From NCBI GenBank assembly GCA_048168905.1, contig DBEXMY010000268.1, positions 1 through 37,282 on the forward strand: DNA of 37,282 nucleotides, given 5' to 3'. Position 1 is the stretch's first letter, and each line of letters begins with the position of its first letter. Below, piece by piece: positions 9,908 through 18,850 of the stretch. The translations under genes and the position numbers were made by a program. This stretch comes from Collinsella sp. GTDB taxonomy: Bacteria > Actinomycetota > Coriobacteriia > Coriobacteriales > Coriobacteriaceae. The notes below the pieces were generated by a model. It was not told where the DNA came from and did not search any database. It saw only the letters and a program-made list of their open reading frames with translations.

Positions 9908-10771
9908 ATGTTCGGATACATCTATAAGAAAGATGTCGCCATTATCGCGGTTGTCCTTGCCCTTTGCCTGGGCGTGGGCAGCTTCTTCGATTATCAGATC
10001 TCGTGCGCGCTGTTCAACATCGGCAGCATGTACGGCCGCTTTATCGAGGCTGCCGGCGAGCTGCCGTTTGAGCTGACGGCGAGCATCGCAGGCGTTATGC
10101 TCGTGCGCGCGGTGCGTCCCGACTCCAGGGAGAGCAAATGGTTCGCCGTGCTCGGCATCCTCGTCAACGTTGGCCTGGCCGGCTACGAGATCGTCTCGTC
10201 CCTGAAGGTTGGCGGCAAACTCATCGCTGTTCAGTTGGTGCTGACGTTTGTGCTGGTGATCGCCGCCAACTTCATCGCCTACCGCCTTACGCACGACACC
10301 GCGCCTGACGAGCTCACACGCTGGGCGTTGATGGTACTTGCCGTGTGGGTCGCTCAGGCCATTATCCTCAACGTGATTGTTAAGCCGCTGTGGTCGCGCC
10401 CGCGCATGCGCGTGATCGAGGTCACGCCAGGGCTCAATTTTCAGCCGTGGTGGGTGATCGGCAACCCCGACAAGTGGGCCTATATTGCCGCTGGCGTGAT
10501 CAAGGACGGCTTCAAGTCGTTTGCGAGCGGACACACGGCGCACGCGGCGATCGGCCTTATGCTCGCCGGGCTTCCCGCAGCGGCCTTTAAGGAAAAGCCG
10601 TCGCGCCGCCGCGTGGTCTTTTGGACGGCGGCTGTGGTCGCGGCGCTCGTCGCCTTTGGCCGCATCGTGATCGGGGCGCACTTTTTGAGTGACGTGAGCT
10701 GCGGCTTTGCCCTGGTGCTGGCGCTTGAGTGCCTTGCCGCGCGTATTGCCTATCCCAACGGCGTACAATAG
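9908..10771 (+). CDS. PAP2-family membrane phosphatase
   Basis: KPLWSRPR (C1), SFASGH (C2), GRIVIGAHFLSDV (C3), multiple TM segments. Confidence 0.9.
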   Translation: MFGYIYKKDVAIIAVVLALCLGVGSFFDYQISCALFNIGSMYGRFIEAAGELPFELTASIAGVMLVRAVRPDSRESKWFAVLGILVNVGLAGYEIVSSLKVGGKLIAVQLVLTFVLVIAANFIAYRLTHDTAPDELTRWALMVLAVWVAQAIILNVIVKPLWSRPRMRVIEVTPGLNFQPWWVIGNPDKWAYIAAGVIKDGFKSFASGHTAHAAIGLMLAGLPAAAFKEKPSRRRVVFWTAAVVAALVAFGRIVIGAHFLSDVSCGFALVLALECLAARIAYPNGVQ

Positions 10772-10816
10772 CTCCGTTTGAATCATCGGGCCCGTGCCCG
10801 GTAAGAGAGGATTGCC

Positions 10817-11842
10817 ATGCTCGCGTTTAACAACGATTATTCCCACGGCGCACATCCGGCGGTGCTGCAGGCGCTCGTCGACACCAATATGGAGCCGCAG
10901 CCCGGCTACGGTACCGATGCACATACCGAGCGTGCCAAGCAACTTATTCGCGAGGCCTGCCAGGCCCCCGATGCCGACGTGTTTTTTCTGGTGGGCGGCA
11001 CGCAGGCCAACGCGACGGTGATCGACATGCTGCTCGCGCCGTACGAGGGCGTCGTTGCTGCCGAGACCGGCCACGTCGCCTGCCACGAGGCGGGCGCCAT
11101 CGAGTTTGGCGGCCACAAGGTACTCACCATCCCCGGCTACGAAGGCAAGATGCATGCCGAGGACCTCGAAAACTATATCCAGGTGTTCTACGAAAACGAG
11201 AGCTACGAGCACACGGTGTTTCCGGGCGCCGTGTACGTGAGCCTGTCGACCGAGTACGGCACGCTGTACTCCAAGGCCGAGCTCGTGGCGATTCACGCGG
11301 TGTGCCAGAAGCATGAGATTCCGCTGTTTGTGGACGGTGCTCGCCTGGCCTATGCGCTGGCGGCCGATGAGTGCGACATTGCCCTGCCCGAGCTGGCGCA
11401 GCTGTGCGACGTGTTCTACATCGGCGGCACCAAGTGCGGCGCTCTGTGCGGCGAGGCCGTGGTGTTTTGCGGCATGCACGCCCCGGCGCATCCCATTCCT
11501 CGCATTAAGCAACATGGCGCGCTGCTTGCCAAAGGCCGCCTGACGGGCGTGCAGTTTGAGGCGCTCTTTACCGATGGCCTGTATTTTGAGATTGGTCGAC
11601 AGGCGATCGAAACCGCGCAGGCGCTTCGTCGCGTGCTGCACGAGCACGGCTACCGGTTCTTCTTGGAGACGCCGACTAACCAGCAGTTTGTGATTCTGCC
11701 CAACGAAGATATGGCCCGCATTCGCGAGCATGCCTCGATCGAGTACTGGGAAAAGTACGACGAGACCCACACGGTGGTGCGTTTTTGTACCAGCTGGGCC
11801 ACGACGCAGGAGGACATCGACGCGCTGGCGGCTGTCCTGTAG
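10817..11842 (+). CDS. ltaE: Low-specificity L-threonine aldolase (PLP-dependent)
   Basis: FNNDY, GGTQAN, HEAGAIE, FVDGARL, GGTKCG, VRFCTSWAT. Confidence 0.9.
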   Translation: MLAFNNDYSHGAHPAVLQALVDTNMEPQPGYGTDAHTERAKQLIREACQAPDADVFFLVGGTQANATVIDMLLAPYEGVVAAETGHVACHEAGAIEFGGHKVLTIPGYEGKMHAEDLENYIQVFYENESYEHTVFPGAVYVSLSTEYGTLYSKAELVAIHAVCQKHEIPLFVDGARLAYALAADECDIALPELAQLCDVFYIGGTKCGALCGEAVVFCGMHAPAHPIPRIKQHGALLAKGRLTGVQFEALFTDGLYFEIGRQAIETAQALRRVLHEHGYRFFLETPTNQQFVILPNEDMARIREHASIEYWEKYDETHTVVRFCTSWATTQEDIDALAAVL

Positions 11843-11860
11843 TCTGATGTAATGACGAGG

Positions 11861-11903
11861 GGCCGCCTTGCGCTGGGTTTGGCGCAGGGCGGCCTTTGCT
11901 TTT
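11861..11903 (+). terminator. Probable intrinsic terminator after ltaE
   Basis: GGCCGCCTTGCGCTG/TGGCGCAGGGCGGCC stem followed by TTTGCTTTT. Confidence 0.65.
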
Positions 11904-11919
11904 GAGGGGGAGGGGCTGC

Positions 11920-12510
11920 ATGCCCGAGATGTCCGAGCCGACGATTCGTCTGGCGACGCCCGAAGACGCGCCGGCGTTGCTTGCCATCTATGAGCCGTAT
12001 GTGCTCCAGACGGCGATTACCTGCGAATACGAGGTGCCGAGCGTTGAGGAGTTCGCCGGGCGCATCGAGCGTACGCTCAAGCGCTATCCGTATCTGGTGA
12101 TGGAGCTGGACGGGCATCCGGTAGGCTATGCCTATGTGAGTCCGCTTAACAGCCGCGAGGCATACGACTGGTCGGTCGAGACGTCGATCTACCTGGCGCG
12201 CGACGTGCGCCACGGCGGGTTGGGCCGCAAACTGCACGATGCGCTCAAGCAGTGTCTGATCGCGATGGGCATCACCAACATGTGTGCCCTCATCGCCGTG
12301 CCGCACGACAAGGACGACGAGTACCTGACGCACAACAGCCAGGACTTCCATGCCCATATGGGGTATCGCCTGGTGGGTGCCTTTGACCGCTGCGCCCAAA
12401 AGTTCGGCCGCTGGTACGACATGTGCTGGATGGAGTTGGTCCTAGCCGAGCGCGTCCCCAACCAAACCAAACCAACCTGGTTCCCCGACCTTCCCAAACC
12501 TATCATTTAG
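11920..12510 (+). CDS. GNAT N-acetyltransferase (phosphinothricin acetyltransferase/YncA-like)
   Basis: IRLATPED..LLAIY, VGYAY, AYDWSVETSIYL, GLGRKL, KFGRWYD. Confidence 0.9.
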   Translation: MPEMSEPTIRLATPEDAPALLAIYEPYVLQTAITCEYEVPSVEEFAGRIERTLKRYPYLVMELDGHPVGYAYVSPLNSREAYDWSVETSIYLARDVRHGGLGRKLHDALKQCLIAMGITNMCALIAVPHDKDDEYLTHNSQDFHAHMGYRLVGAFDRCAQKFGRWYDMCWMELVLAERVPNQTKPTWFPDLPKPII

Positions 12511-12531
12511 GGACAGGTTTATTTTGGCAGG

Positions 12532-13254
12532 TTAGCCGATTGGCTCGGTGTATTTGGCGCGGTCGGTGCGTTGGATGCGCTTAGAGACATGGAGCGGTCG
12601 GCCGTCGGTGTCGTAGACGTAGTCGGTGATCAGGATCAGCGCCTGCCCGCGCTCGACGTTGAGCAAAAACGCCTCGTTTTGCGAGGCATAGCACACCTCA
12701 AAGGTCTTATGTCCCTGTGCTGGCGCGCGATGGAATTCTTGGCGCAGCGTCGCGTAGAGCGAACCGTTGATATCGCGATCGATGAGCGTCTCGAAGCTTG
12801 GCGGCAGGTAGGTGGTCTCCAGGCACAACGGCGCATCGTCCAGATAACGCAGGCGGACAAGTTTGACGAGCTTGCTGCCCACGGCGGCGTCAAAGAACTT
12901 AGCTATGCTGCCGGCCGCCTTGGCAAAGCCCGAGTCCACGGTGCGCGTGGTGGGCTTCATGCCCTGACCTTCGACCTGCTTGGTATAGCTCGAAAACACT
13001 AGGTTGTTCTCGTGGAGCGCGGGCGTGTCGGCCACAAAGGCGCCACGCCCGCGCTCGGTGCGCACCAGGCCCTCATCAACGAGAACCTTAAGGGCGTGGC
13101 GCACGGTGCTGCGCGACAGCCCCGATTCGTCCATGAGCTCCATCTCGGACGGCAGCTTGTCTCCGCGTGCGTAGATGCCGGCGGCGATGCGGTCGCGAAG
13201 CGTACCCGCCAAGCGCTCGTATTGGCTCAGTTTCTTTTTAGATGAAGCGTTCAT
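12532..13254 (-). CDS. GntR/HutC-family (UTRA) regulator, FrlR-like (copy 1)
   Basis: GDKLPSEMEL...SRSTVRHAL...RGRGAFV wHTH; UTRA with RLRYLDDAPLCLETTYLP; divergent from SIS gene. Confidence 0.92.
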   Translation of the reverse strand: MNASSKKKLSQYERLAGTLRDRIAAGIYARGDKLPSEMELMDESGLSRSTVRHALKVLVDEGLVRTERGRGAFVADTPALHENNLVFSSYTKQVEGQGMKPTTRTVDSGFAKAAGSIAKFFDAAVGSKLVKLVRLRYLDDAPLCLETTYLPPSFETLIDRDINGSLYATLRQEFHRAPAQGHKTFEVCYASQNEAFLLNVERGQALILITDYVYDTDGRPLHVSKRIQRTDRAKYTEPIG

Positions 13255-13270
13255 GCGATCAGCCTATATT

Positions 13271-13421
13271 TAACTTGTATGCTTATCTAAGCAAGCATGT
13301 ATTCAACACAACAATAAAACCGCTGGTATTGAGCTACCGAAAACCTTACCAGCAAAATTTCTAAGATAAATATAGCATACAACTAGTCGACATAACCAAA
13401 ACATGTATGTAACTTGTATGC
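13271..13421. promoter_or_regulatory. Divergent promoter region with repeated putative GntR operators
   Basis: TAACTTGTATGC at 13271-13282 and 13410-13421; inverted GCATACAACTA at 13375-13385; AT-rich. Confidence 0.6.
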
Positions 13422-13459
13422 CATCGAGAGCATCAAACGAGAAGAAAGGCTGATGCACG

Positions 13460-14452
13460 ATGACTACTCAGGAACAGGTTAAGGATGTCGTCTCCCAGGT
13501 TTTGGCTGACAAGGCAGACAAGGGCGGCATCAAGCGCGTCGTGTGGATTGGTGCCGGCGGATCCAACGGCGGCAACTATCCTGCCCAGTACTTTATGGAG
13601 CACGAGGCCACGCAGGTCGTGAGCTCCAGCTACACCAGCAACGAGTTCGTGCACGCCACCCCGGCCTACGTCAACGAGAACACCCTGGCCGTCGTCGTGT
13701 CCATGCGCGGCACCAAGGAGACCATCGTTGCCGCCCAGGTCGCCAAGGACCACGGCGCCAGCACCATCGCCATCTATGTTGACGAGTCCGGCCTCACCGA
13801 GGTCTGCGACTACAAGATCCAGTACGACAGCCTGGCCGTCGACGAGTCCTGCATGGGCCGCACCAACTCCGCCGTCGTGACCATGATCGCCATGGAGCTT
13901 ACGCAGCAGACCGAGGGCTATGCCGAGTACGAGACCGCCATGGCCGCCTTCGACTTGGTCGACCCTATCTATCGCAAGGCCGTCGAGTACACTCGTCCGC
14001 TCGCTGCCAAGTGGGCCGAGCAGAACGCCGACAAGCCCTGCATCAACGTCATGGCTCAGGGTCCGCTCTTTGGTGCCGCCTACGTCTTTAGCATCTGCAA
14101 CGTGCAGGAGATGCTGCAGATCGACTCCTGCACCATCAACACCTGTGACTTCTTCCACGGCCCCTTCGAGATCCTGGACAAGCGCACCTCGCTGTTCCAG
14201 CTCATCAGCGTCGGCCGCAGCCGCTGCAACGACGAGCGCGGCATCCGCTTCGTCAACCAGTACGGTGGCGAGCGCGTCTATCAGCTCGACGCCAAGGAGC
14301 TCGGCCTCAATGACATCAAGGACAGCGTGAGCGAATACTTCAACCACCTGATCTTCGCCCCGATTCTCAACAACGTGTACATGCGCGCGCTCTCTGCCGT
14401 CACCCACAAGGACTACATGACGCGACGCTACATGTGGAAGCTGGATTACTAG
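13460..14452 (+). CDS. SIS-domain fructosamine-6-phosphate deglycase, FrlB-like (paralog 1)
   Basis: GAGGS, SMRGTKET, QEM, FFHGPFE, C-terminal RRYMWK. Confidence 0.88.
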   Translation: MTTQEQVKDVVSQVLADKADKGGIKRVVWIGAGGSNGGNYPAQYFMEHEATQVVSSSYTSNEFVHATPAYVNENTLAVVVSMRGTKETIVAAQVAKDHGASTIAIYVDESGLTEVCDYKIQYDSLAVDESCMGRTNSAVVTMIAMELTQQTEGYAEYETAMAAFDLVDPIYRKAVEYTRPLAAKWAEQNADKPCINVMAQGPLFGAAYVFSICNVQEMLQIDSCTINTCDFFHGPFEILDKRTSLFQLISVGRSRCNDERGIRFVNQYGGERVYQLDAKELGLNDIKDSVSEYFNHLIFAPILNNVYMRALSAVTHKDYMTRRYMWKLDY

Positions 14453-14460
14453 GGGATATT

Positions 14461-14608
14461 GGTTCCGCCGTTCTACCGAACGGCGGACCGGCCGACGCTG
14501 CGCACCCGGCATTTGGCCCATCTGCCGTTCAATTTCAAAGGCGCGACCAGAAGGTCAGCGCCTTTTCATTTCACGGCACCTTGGCTCAAATGACGGGCGC
14601 TCGCTGAC
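14461..14608. repeat. Structured intergenic repeat (family C), full copy
   Basis: Hairpin GTTCCGCCGTTC-tacc-GAACGGCGGACC + CGACGCTGC + long imperfect stem; homologous to 22855-23145. Confidence 0.85.
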
Positions 14609-14637
14609 ATTGCCAAAACGTCGGCGTTGCCGTGGTT

Positions 14638-14677
14638 GGCACTTGGGGACGTTCCTTTTGTGCCGGCACTTGGGGAC
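14638..14677. repeat. GGGGAC-core REP-like tandem pair
   Basis: GGCACTTGGGGAC at 14638-14650 and 14665-14677; TTGGGGACGTTC shared with 23189-23200. Confidence 0.65.
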
Positions 14678-14783
14678 ACTCCTGGGAATCATTTCCTCGT
14701 TCACCGATTTGTGTCTTGAAAAATGTATATAACGACTATAACGTAGTGTGAAACATATTGGAAACAATACCGAGGAGGCTGCG

Positions 14784-15866
14784 TTGAAGAAAAGCAATCT
14801 GGGCTATGTGCTGGTGCTGATCGCCGCGCTTATGTGGGGCAGCATCGGAATCTTTGTAAACGGCATCTCGGCCATGGGCGTTTCGTCCCAGAGCATGGCT
14901 GCCTTTCGCTTGTTGGTCGGAGCGCTTATCTTGGCGCCGGTCCTGATGTTTATGGGCTGCCGTCCGGGTGAGGGGTCTACCGTGGCTCAGGGTCCGCTGG
15001 CTCTGTTCAAGGCAAGTCCTAAAGAGCTCGTTCCCTGCGCGCTTGTCGGTATCGTCGGTTTGGCCGCCGCCAACACCTGCTATTACGAGTGCATGGGCGA
15101 GGTGGGCATGTCCACGGCCTCGGTGCTGCTCTACACCTCGCCGGTGTTTGGCGTCATGCTCGGCCGCGTGCTTTATCGCGAGGACGTGACCCCCAACAAG
15201 CTCGTTGCCATTGTCTTTAACATCGTTGGCTGCGTGCTTGCAGTGACCAATGGTGACCTTTCCGGTTTTCATTTTTCGGTTTGGGGCGTCACGTCGGGCG
15301 TGATTGCAGGCCTTTGTGGTGCGTCACTCGCGGTGTTTAGCCGGATAGCAACCAAGACGGTCCACCCGCTGGCTGTCACGTTTTGGGGCTTTGTTTTTGG
15401 CGGTGCGGTTATGGCAGCTATCGCGGCTCCGTGGCCGGATGTCGCCGCGGCAATGTCGCCACAGTTGCTGCTGCTGTTCCTTGGTTTTGGACTCATCCCC
15501 ACAGCCGTGGCCTACATCCTATATATGCAGGGTCTGTCCATGGGACTCGAGACATCGAAGGTTCCCGTCGTAATGTCTTTCGAGACGGTCGTCACCGTAC
15601 TGGTGGGCATTGGTGTCTATGCCGAGCCCGCCGGCGCGATCAAGGTCCTGGGCATTGTGCTGGTGCTCGCGTCCATCCTGATTATGAACACCGACTTCTC
15701 CAAGCTGCGCAACAGTGTGTTTGTCGGTCATGTCGTTGAGAGCATGACCTTTAAGCCCAACGCGTGGTGGACAGAGAAATCGCAGGACATGGATCTGTTT
15801 AAGGAACGCACGGGCATTGCCTTGGAGCCCACCGTGCAAGAAAGCCCCTGGTACTTCGTGCGATAG
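14784..15866 (+). CDS. EamA/DMT-family transporter with C-terminal soluble tail
   Basis: GAGGAGG RBS before TTG 14784; about 10 TM segments, LMWGS, LLYTSPVF, SFETVV motifs. Confidence 0.88.
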   Translation: MKKSNLGYVLVLIAALMWGSIGIFVNGISAMGVSSQSMAAFRLLVGALILAPVLMFMGCRPGEGSTVAQGPLALFKASPKELVPCALVGIVGLAAANTCYYECMGEVGMSTASVLLYTSPVFGVMLGRVLYREDVTPNKLVAIVFNIVGCVLAVTNGDLSGFHFSVWGVTSGVIAGLCGASLAVFSRIATKTVHPLAVTFWGFVFGGAVMAAIAAPWPDVAAAMSPQLLLLFLGFGLIPTAVAYILYMQGLSMGLETSKVPVVMSFETVVTVLVGIGVYAEPAGAIKVLGIVLVLASILIMNTDFSKLRNSVFVGHVVESMTFKPNAWWTEKSQDMDLFKERTGIALEPTVQESPWYFVR

Positions 15867-16049
15867 GGGGTTGCGCACGGCGTCCGACCTGGGGTTATCC
15901 CGCCGTCGCCGGCCTGCCCAGCTCCCACGTTTCAAGTGCGTTAAACCCGCGAACGGTCGATTTTCACCCGCAAACGGTCTTTATACTAATTAGCAATATA
16001 AGCAACGTATAAGACGTTATAATGACCATAACGAAAAGGAGGAGGCAAG

Positions 16050-16973
16050 ATGAATCAGATCATTCTCGCATCTCATGGCGGCCTGGCCGCAGGCGCCAAA
16101 GACACGCTCGAGATGGTTCTCGGCGACGTGTCGAACGTCCACGTCGTGTCGCTTGCTCGTGACGACAAGGAGCCTATCACCGATAAGGTGGACGCCATGA
16201 TCGCCACGTTCAACGCGGACGACACCGTCTATGTGCTGACCGATATGCTCGGCAGCTCGGTCAACAACAACATGGTCGAGCTTTCCAAGAACGGCACGAA
16301 GTTCACGGTTGTCAGTGGTTTCAACATTCCGCTGGCGCTCACGCTCGCTATGAGCCCCGTTCCCGTCAAGGGCGCCGAGCTCGCGGCCCTCATCAACGAG
16401 GCCCGCACCGGTCTGACCAACCCCAACGCGCCGGTCGAGGCTCCCGCGGCTCCCGCTAAGAAGGCAAAGGCGCCCCGTCACAGCTCCGGTCCCGCCAAGA
16501 TCGTCCTCGCACGTCTTGACTACCGTCTGCTGCACGGCCAGGTCGTCTTTACCTGGACCACCAAGGTTCAGGCCGAGCGCATCATCGTCGTCGACAACGC
16601 CGCCGCCAACGATGACATCAAGAAGGGCGCTCTTAAGCTGGCCAAGCCCCAGGGCGTGCGCCTGAACGTCTTTACCGTCGAGCGTGCCCTCGCCAAGATG
16701 GACAAGCTCAACACCCTCGGCGAGCGCGTCATGTTCGTCTTTGGCAACACGGCCGAGATGCTGCAGTTCTGCCAGGGCTACAAGCTCGACGCCATCAACC
16801 TGGGCGCCACCGCCAACCACGACGGTGCCGATCAGGTCGGCGGCAAGGACAGCTCCGTCTTCCTCGACGCCAACCAGAAGGCCGACGTCAACCAGCTGCT
16901 CGACATGGGCATCAAGCTCTACGTCCAGCAGACCCCTACGTATCAGAGCGTCGACATCGACGCCAAGCTGTAA
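16050..16973 (+). CDS. PTS mannose/fructose/sorbose-family fused EIIAB (Gfr-like)
   Basis: EIIA IILASHG, LTDMLGSS, SGFNIP; Ala/Pro/Lys linker; EIIB RLDYRLLHGQV. Confidence 0.95.
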   Translation: MNQIILASHGGLAAGAKDTLEMVLGDVSNVHVVSLARDDKEPITDKVDAMIATFNADDTVYVLTDMLGSSVNNNMVELSKNGTKFTVVSGFNIPLALTLAMSPVPVKGAELAALINEARTGLTNPNAPVEAPAAPAKKAKAPRHSSGPAKIVLARLDYRLLHGQVVFTWTTKVQAERIIVVDNAAANDDIKKGALKLAKPQGVRLNVFTVERALAKMDKLNTLGERVMFVFGNTAEMLQFCQGYKLDAINLGATANHDGADQVGGKDSSVFLDANQKADVNQLLDMGIKLYVQQTPTYQSVDIDAKL

Positions 16974-17009
16974 TCAACCAGGCTTTTGCCTGACTGAAAG
17001 GAGAAGGGT

Positions 17010-17804
17010 ATGAATACGTTCATCAGTGCGGTGCTCGTCGGCCTCGTCGGCGTGTTCTGCATGTGGGACTCCCGCCTGCTCGGTCGTCTTAACTTCGAGC
17101 AGCCCCTCGTTGGCGCTACGCTCGTCGGTCTGCTGCTGGGCGATGTGCCCACCGGCCTTGCCGTCGGTGCCGCCGTCGAGCTCGTGTCCATGGGCCTGGT
17201 GCAGGTCGGCGCCGCCGTTCCGCCCGATATGGTCCTGGGCGGCATCGTGGCCGCTGCCTTTGCGTGCCTGACCGATGCTTCCGCCGAGACCGCCATGACG
17301 ATCGCCATCCCGGTCGCCGTCCTGGGTCAGCTCCTCGGCATCGTGTTCCGTTCCATCATCGCCGCCCTCACCCATGTGGCAGATAGCGCGATCGATAACG
17401 GAAAGTTCAAGACCGCCTACCGCATGCACATCTGCGCCGGCTCCGGTCTGTACGCCGTCATGTACTTCCTGCCGATCTTCCTCGCCGTCTTTGTTGGCAC
17501 CGACCTGGTCCAGGCCATCGTCAACATGGTTCCCGAGTGGCTGTCCACTGGTCTTAACGTTTCGACCAAGATCATGACCGCCTACGGCTTGGCCCTGCTG
17601 CTCACCATGATGATCAAGAAGGGTATGACTCCGTTCCTGTTCATCGGTTTCCTGCTCGCCGCTTACCTCAACCTGTCCGTCATCGCGGTCGCTCTGATCG
17701 GTGTGTGCCTGGCTGTCGTCTTCATGGGCTTCAAGTTCAACGGTTCCCATGCAGCCGCCGGTGTCGATTCCGACTACGATCCGCTCGAAGACGACGAAGA
17801 CTAA
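17010..17804 (+). CDS. PTS mannose-family EIIC
   Basis: QPLVGATLVGLLLGD, ELVSMG, VGAAVPPD, IAIPVAVLG. Confidence 0.95.
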   Translation: MNTFISAVLVGLVGVFCMWDSRLLGRLNFEQPLVGATLVGLLLGDVPTGLAVGAAVELVSMGLVQVGAAVPPDMVLGGIVAAAFACLTDASAETAMTIAIPVAVLGQLLGIVFRSIIAALTHVADSAIDNGKFKTAYRMHICAGSGLYAVMYFLPIFLAVFVGTDLVQAIVNMVPEWLSTGLNVSTKIMTAYGLALLLTMMIKKGMTPFLFIGFLLAAYLNLSVIAVALIGVCLAVVFMGFKFNGSHAAAGVDSDYDPLEDDED

Positions 17805-17817
17805 GGAGGAACACACT

Positions 17818-18651
17818 ATGGCAACCGCAACCAAGGACGTGTCCCTGAACAAGAAGGTCAGCCAGTTCTTCTGGCGCTCCTGGGCCATCCAGGCCTCTTG
17901 GAACTACGAGCGTCAGATGAACATGGGCTTCCTCTACGGCATGGTTCCCACGCTTGATCGCCTCTATCCGGATGAGTCCGACCCCAAGCAGCTCGCTGCT
18001 AAGAAAGAGGCTTACCACCGTCACATGGCGTTCTACAACTGCACCCCGCAGACGAGCGCTTTCATCCTGGGCCTCGCCGCCTCCATGGAGGAGGAGTACG
18101 CCAAGGATCCCGAGAACTTCGATCCCGATTCGATCAACGCGGTCAAGACCTCCCTCATGGGTCCGCTTTCCGGCATCGGTGACTCCTTCTTCCAGGGCAC
18201 CATCCGCGTCATCGCCTTTGGCCTGGGCGTTCAGCTGGCTCAGCAGGGCTCCATCATGGGCCCGATCCTGGCCATGCTCATCTCCATCGTCCCCTCTGTG
18301 CTGATCACCTGGTTCGCAGCCAAGATGGGCTATCAGGGCGGCCACGAGTACCTGAGCAAGCTTCAGGGCGGCGACCTCATGGAGAAGCTCATGTATGTCT
18401 GCGGCATCGTGGGCCTTATGTCCGTGGGCGGCATGATCGCTACGCTGATTGGCGCCACCACCCCGCTGCAGTTCGCTGAGGGCACCGTCGTGATCCAGGA
18501 CATCCTGGACGGCATGATGCCCCAGATGATTTCCCTTGGCCTCACCGGCCTTATGTACTGGCTCATCAAGAAGAACGTCAACACCGGTTGGCTTCTCGTG
18601 ATCGCCATTGTGGGCGGCATCGCCCTCTCCGCGGCCGGCATCCTGGCCTAG
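17818..18651 (+). CDS. PTS mannose-family EIID
   Basis: SWNYERQMNMGF, FYNCTP, KTSLMGPLSGIGDSFF; AAGGAGG RBS before ATG 17818. Confidence 0.95.
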   Translation: MATATKDVSLNKKVSQFFWRSWAIQASWNYERQMNMGFLYGMVPTLDRLYPDESDPKQLAAKKEAYHRHMAFYNCTPQTSAFILGLAASMEEEYAKDPENFDPDSINAVKTSLMGPLSGIGDSFFQGTIRVIAFGLGVQLAQQGSIMGPILAMLISIVPSVLITWFAAKMGYQGGHEYLSKLQGGDLMEKLMYVCGIVGLMSVGGMIATLIGATTPLQFAEGTVVIQDILDGMMPQMISLGLTGLMYWLIKKNVNTGWLLVIAIVGGIALSAAGILA

Positions 18652-18682
18652 TCGCGACCAAGCGCCTAACCGCTTTCCCCCG

Positions 18683-18760
18683 GGGGCCTGCCTGGCATCC
18701 CATACCCCAGGCAGGCTTCCATCCCCAAAATGCGACAATGGGACAGTCCCCTTGTCGCAT
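18683..18760. repeat. Intra-operon hairpins including a GGGAC-A-GTCCC REP-like palindrome
   Basis: GCCTGCCTGG...CCAGGCAGGC stem and ATGCGACAA-tgggacagtcccc-TTGTCGCAT (18730-18760). Confidence 0.6.
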
Positions 18761-18850
18761 CCTCAACGGACCGGCGACTCGGTCCAAACCACGGTAACCC
18801 TGCGAGCGCCCGGCAATGTGGCGCCGCAAAAATCGAAAGGAATGTGTCAG

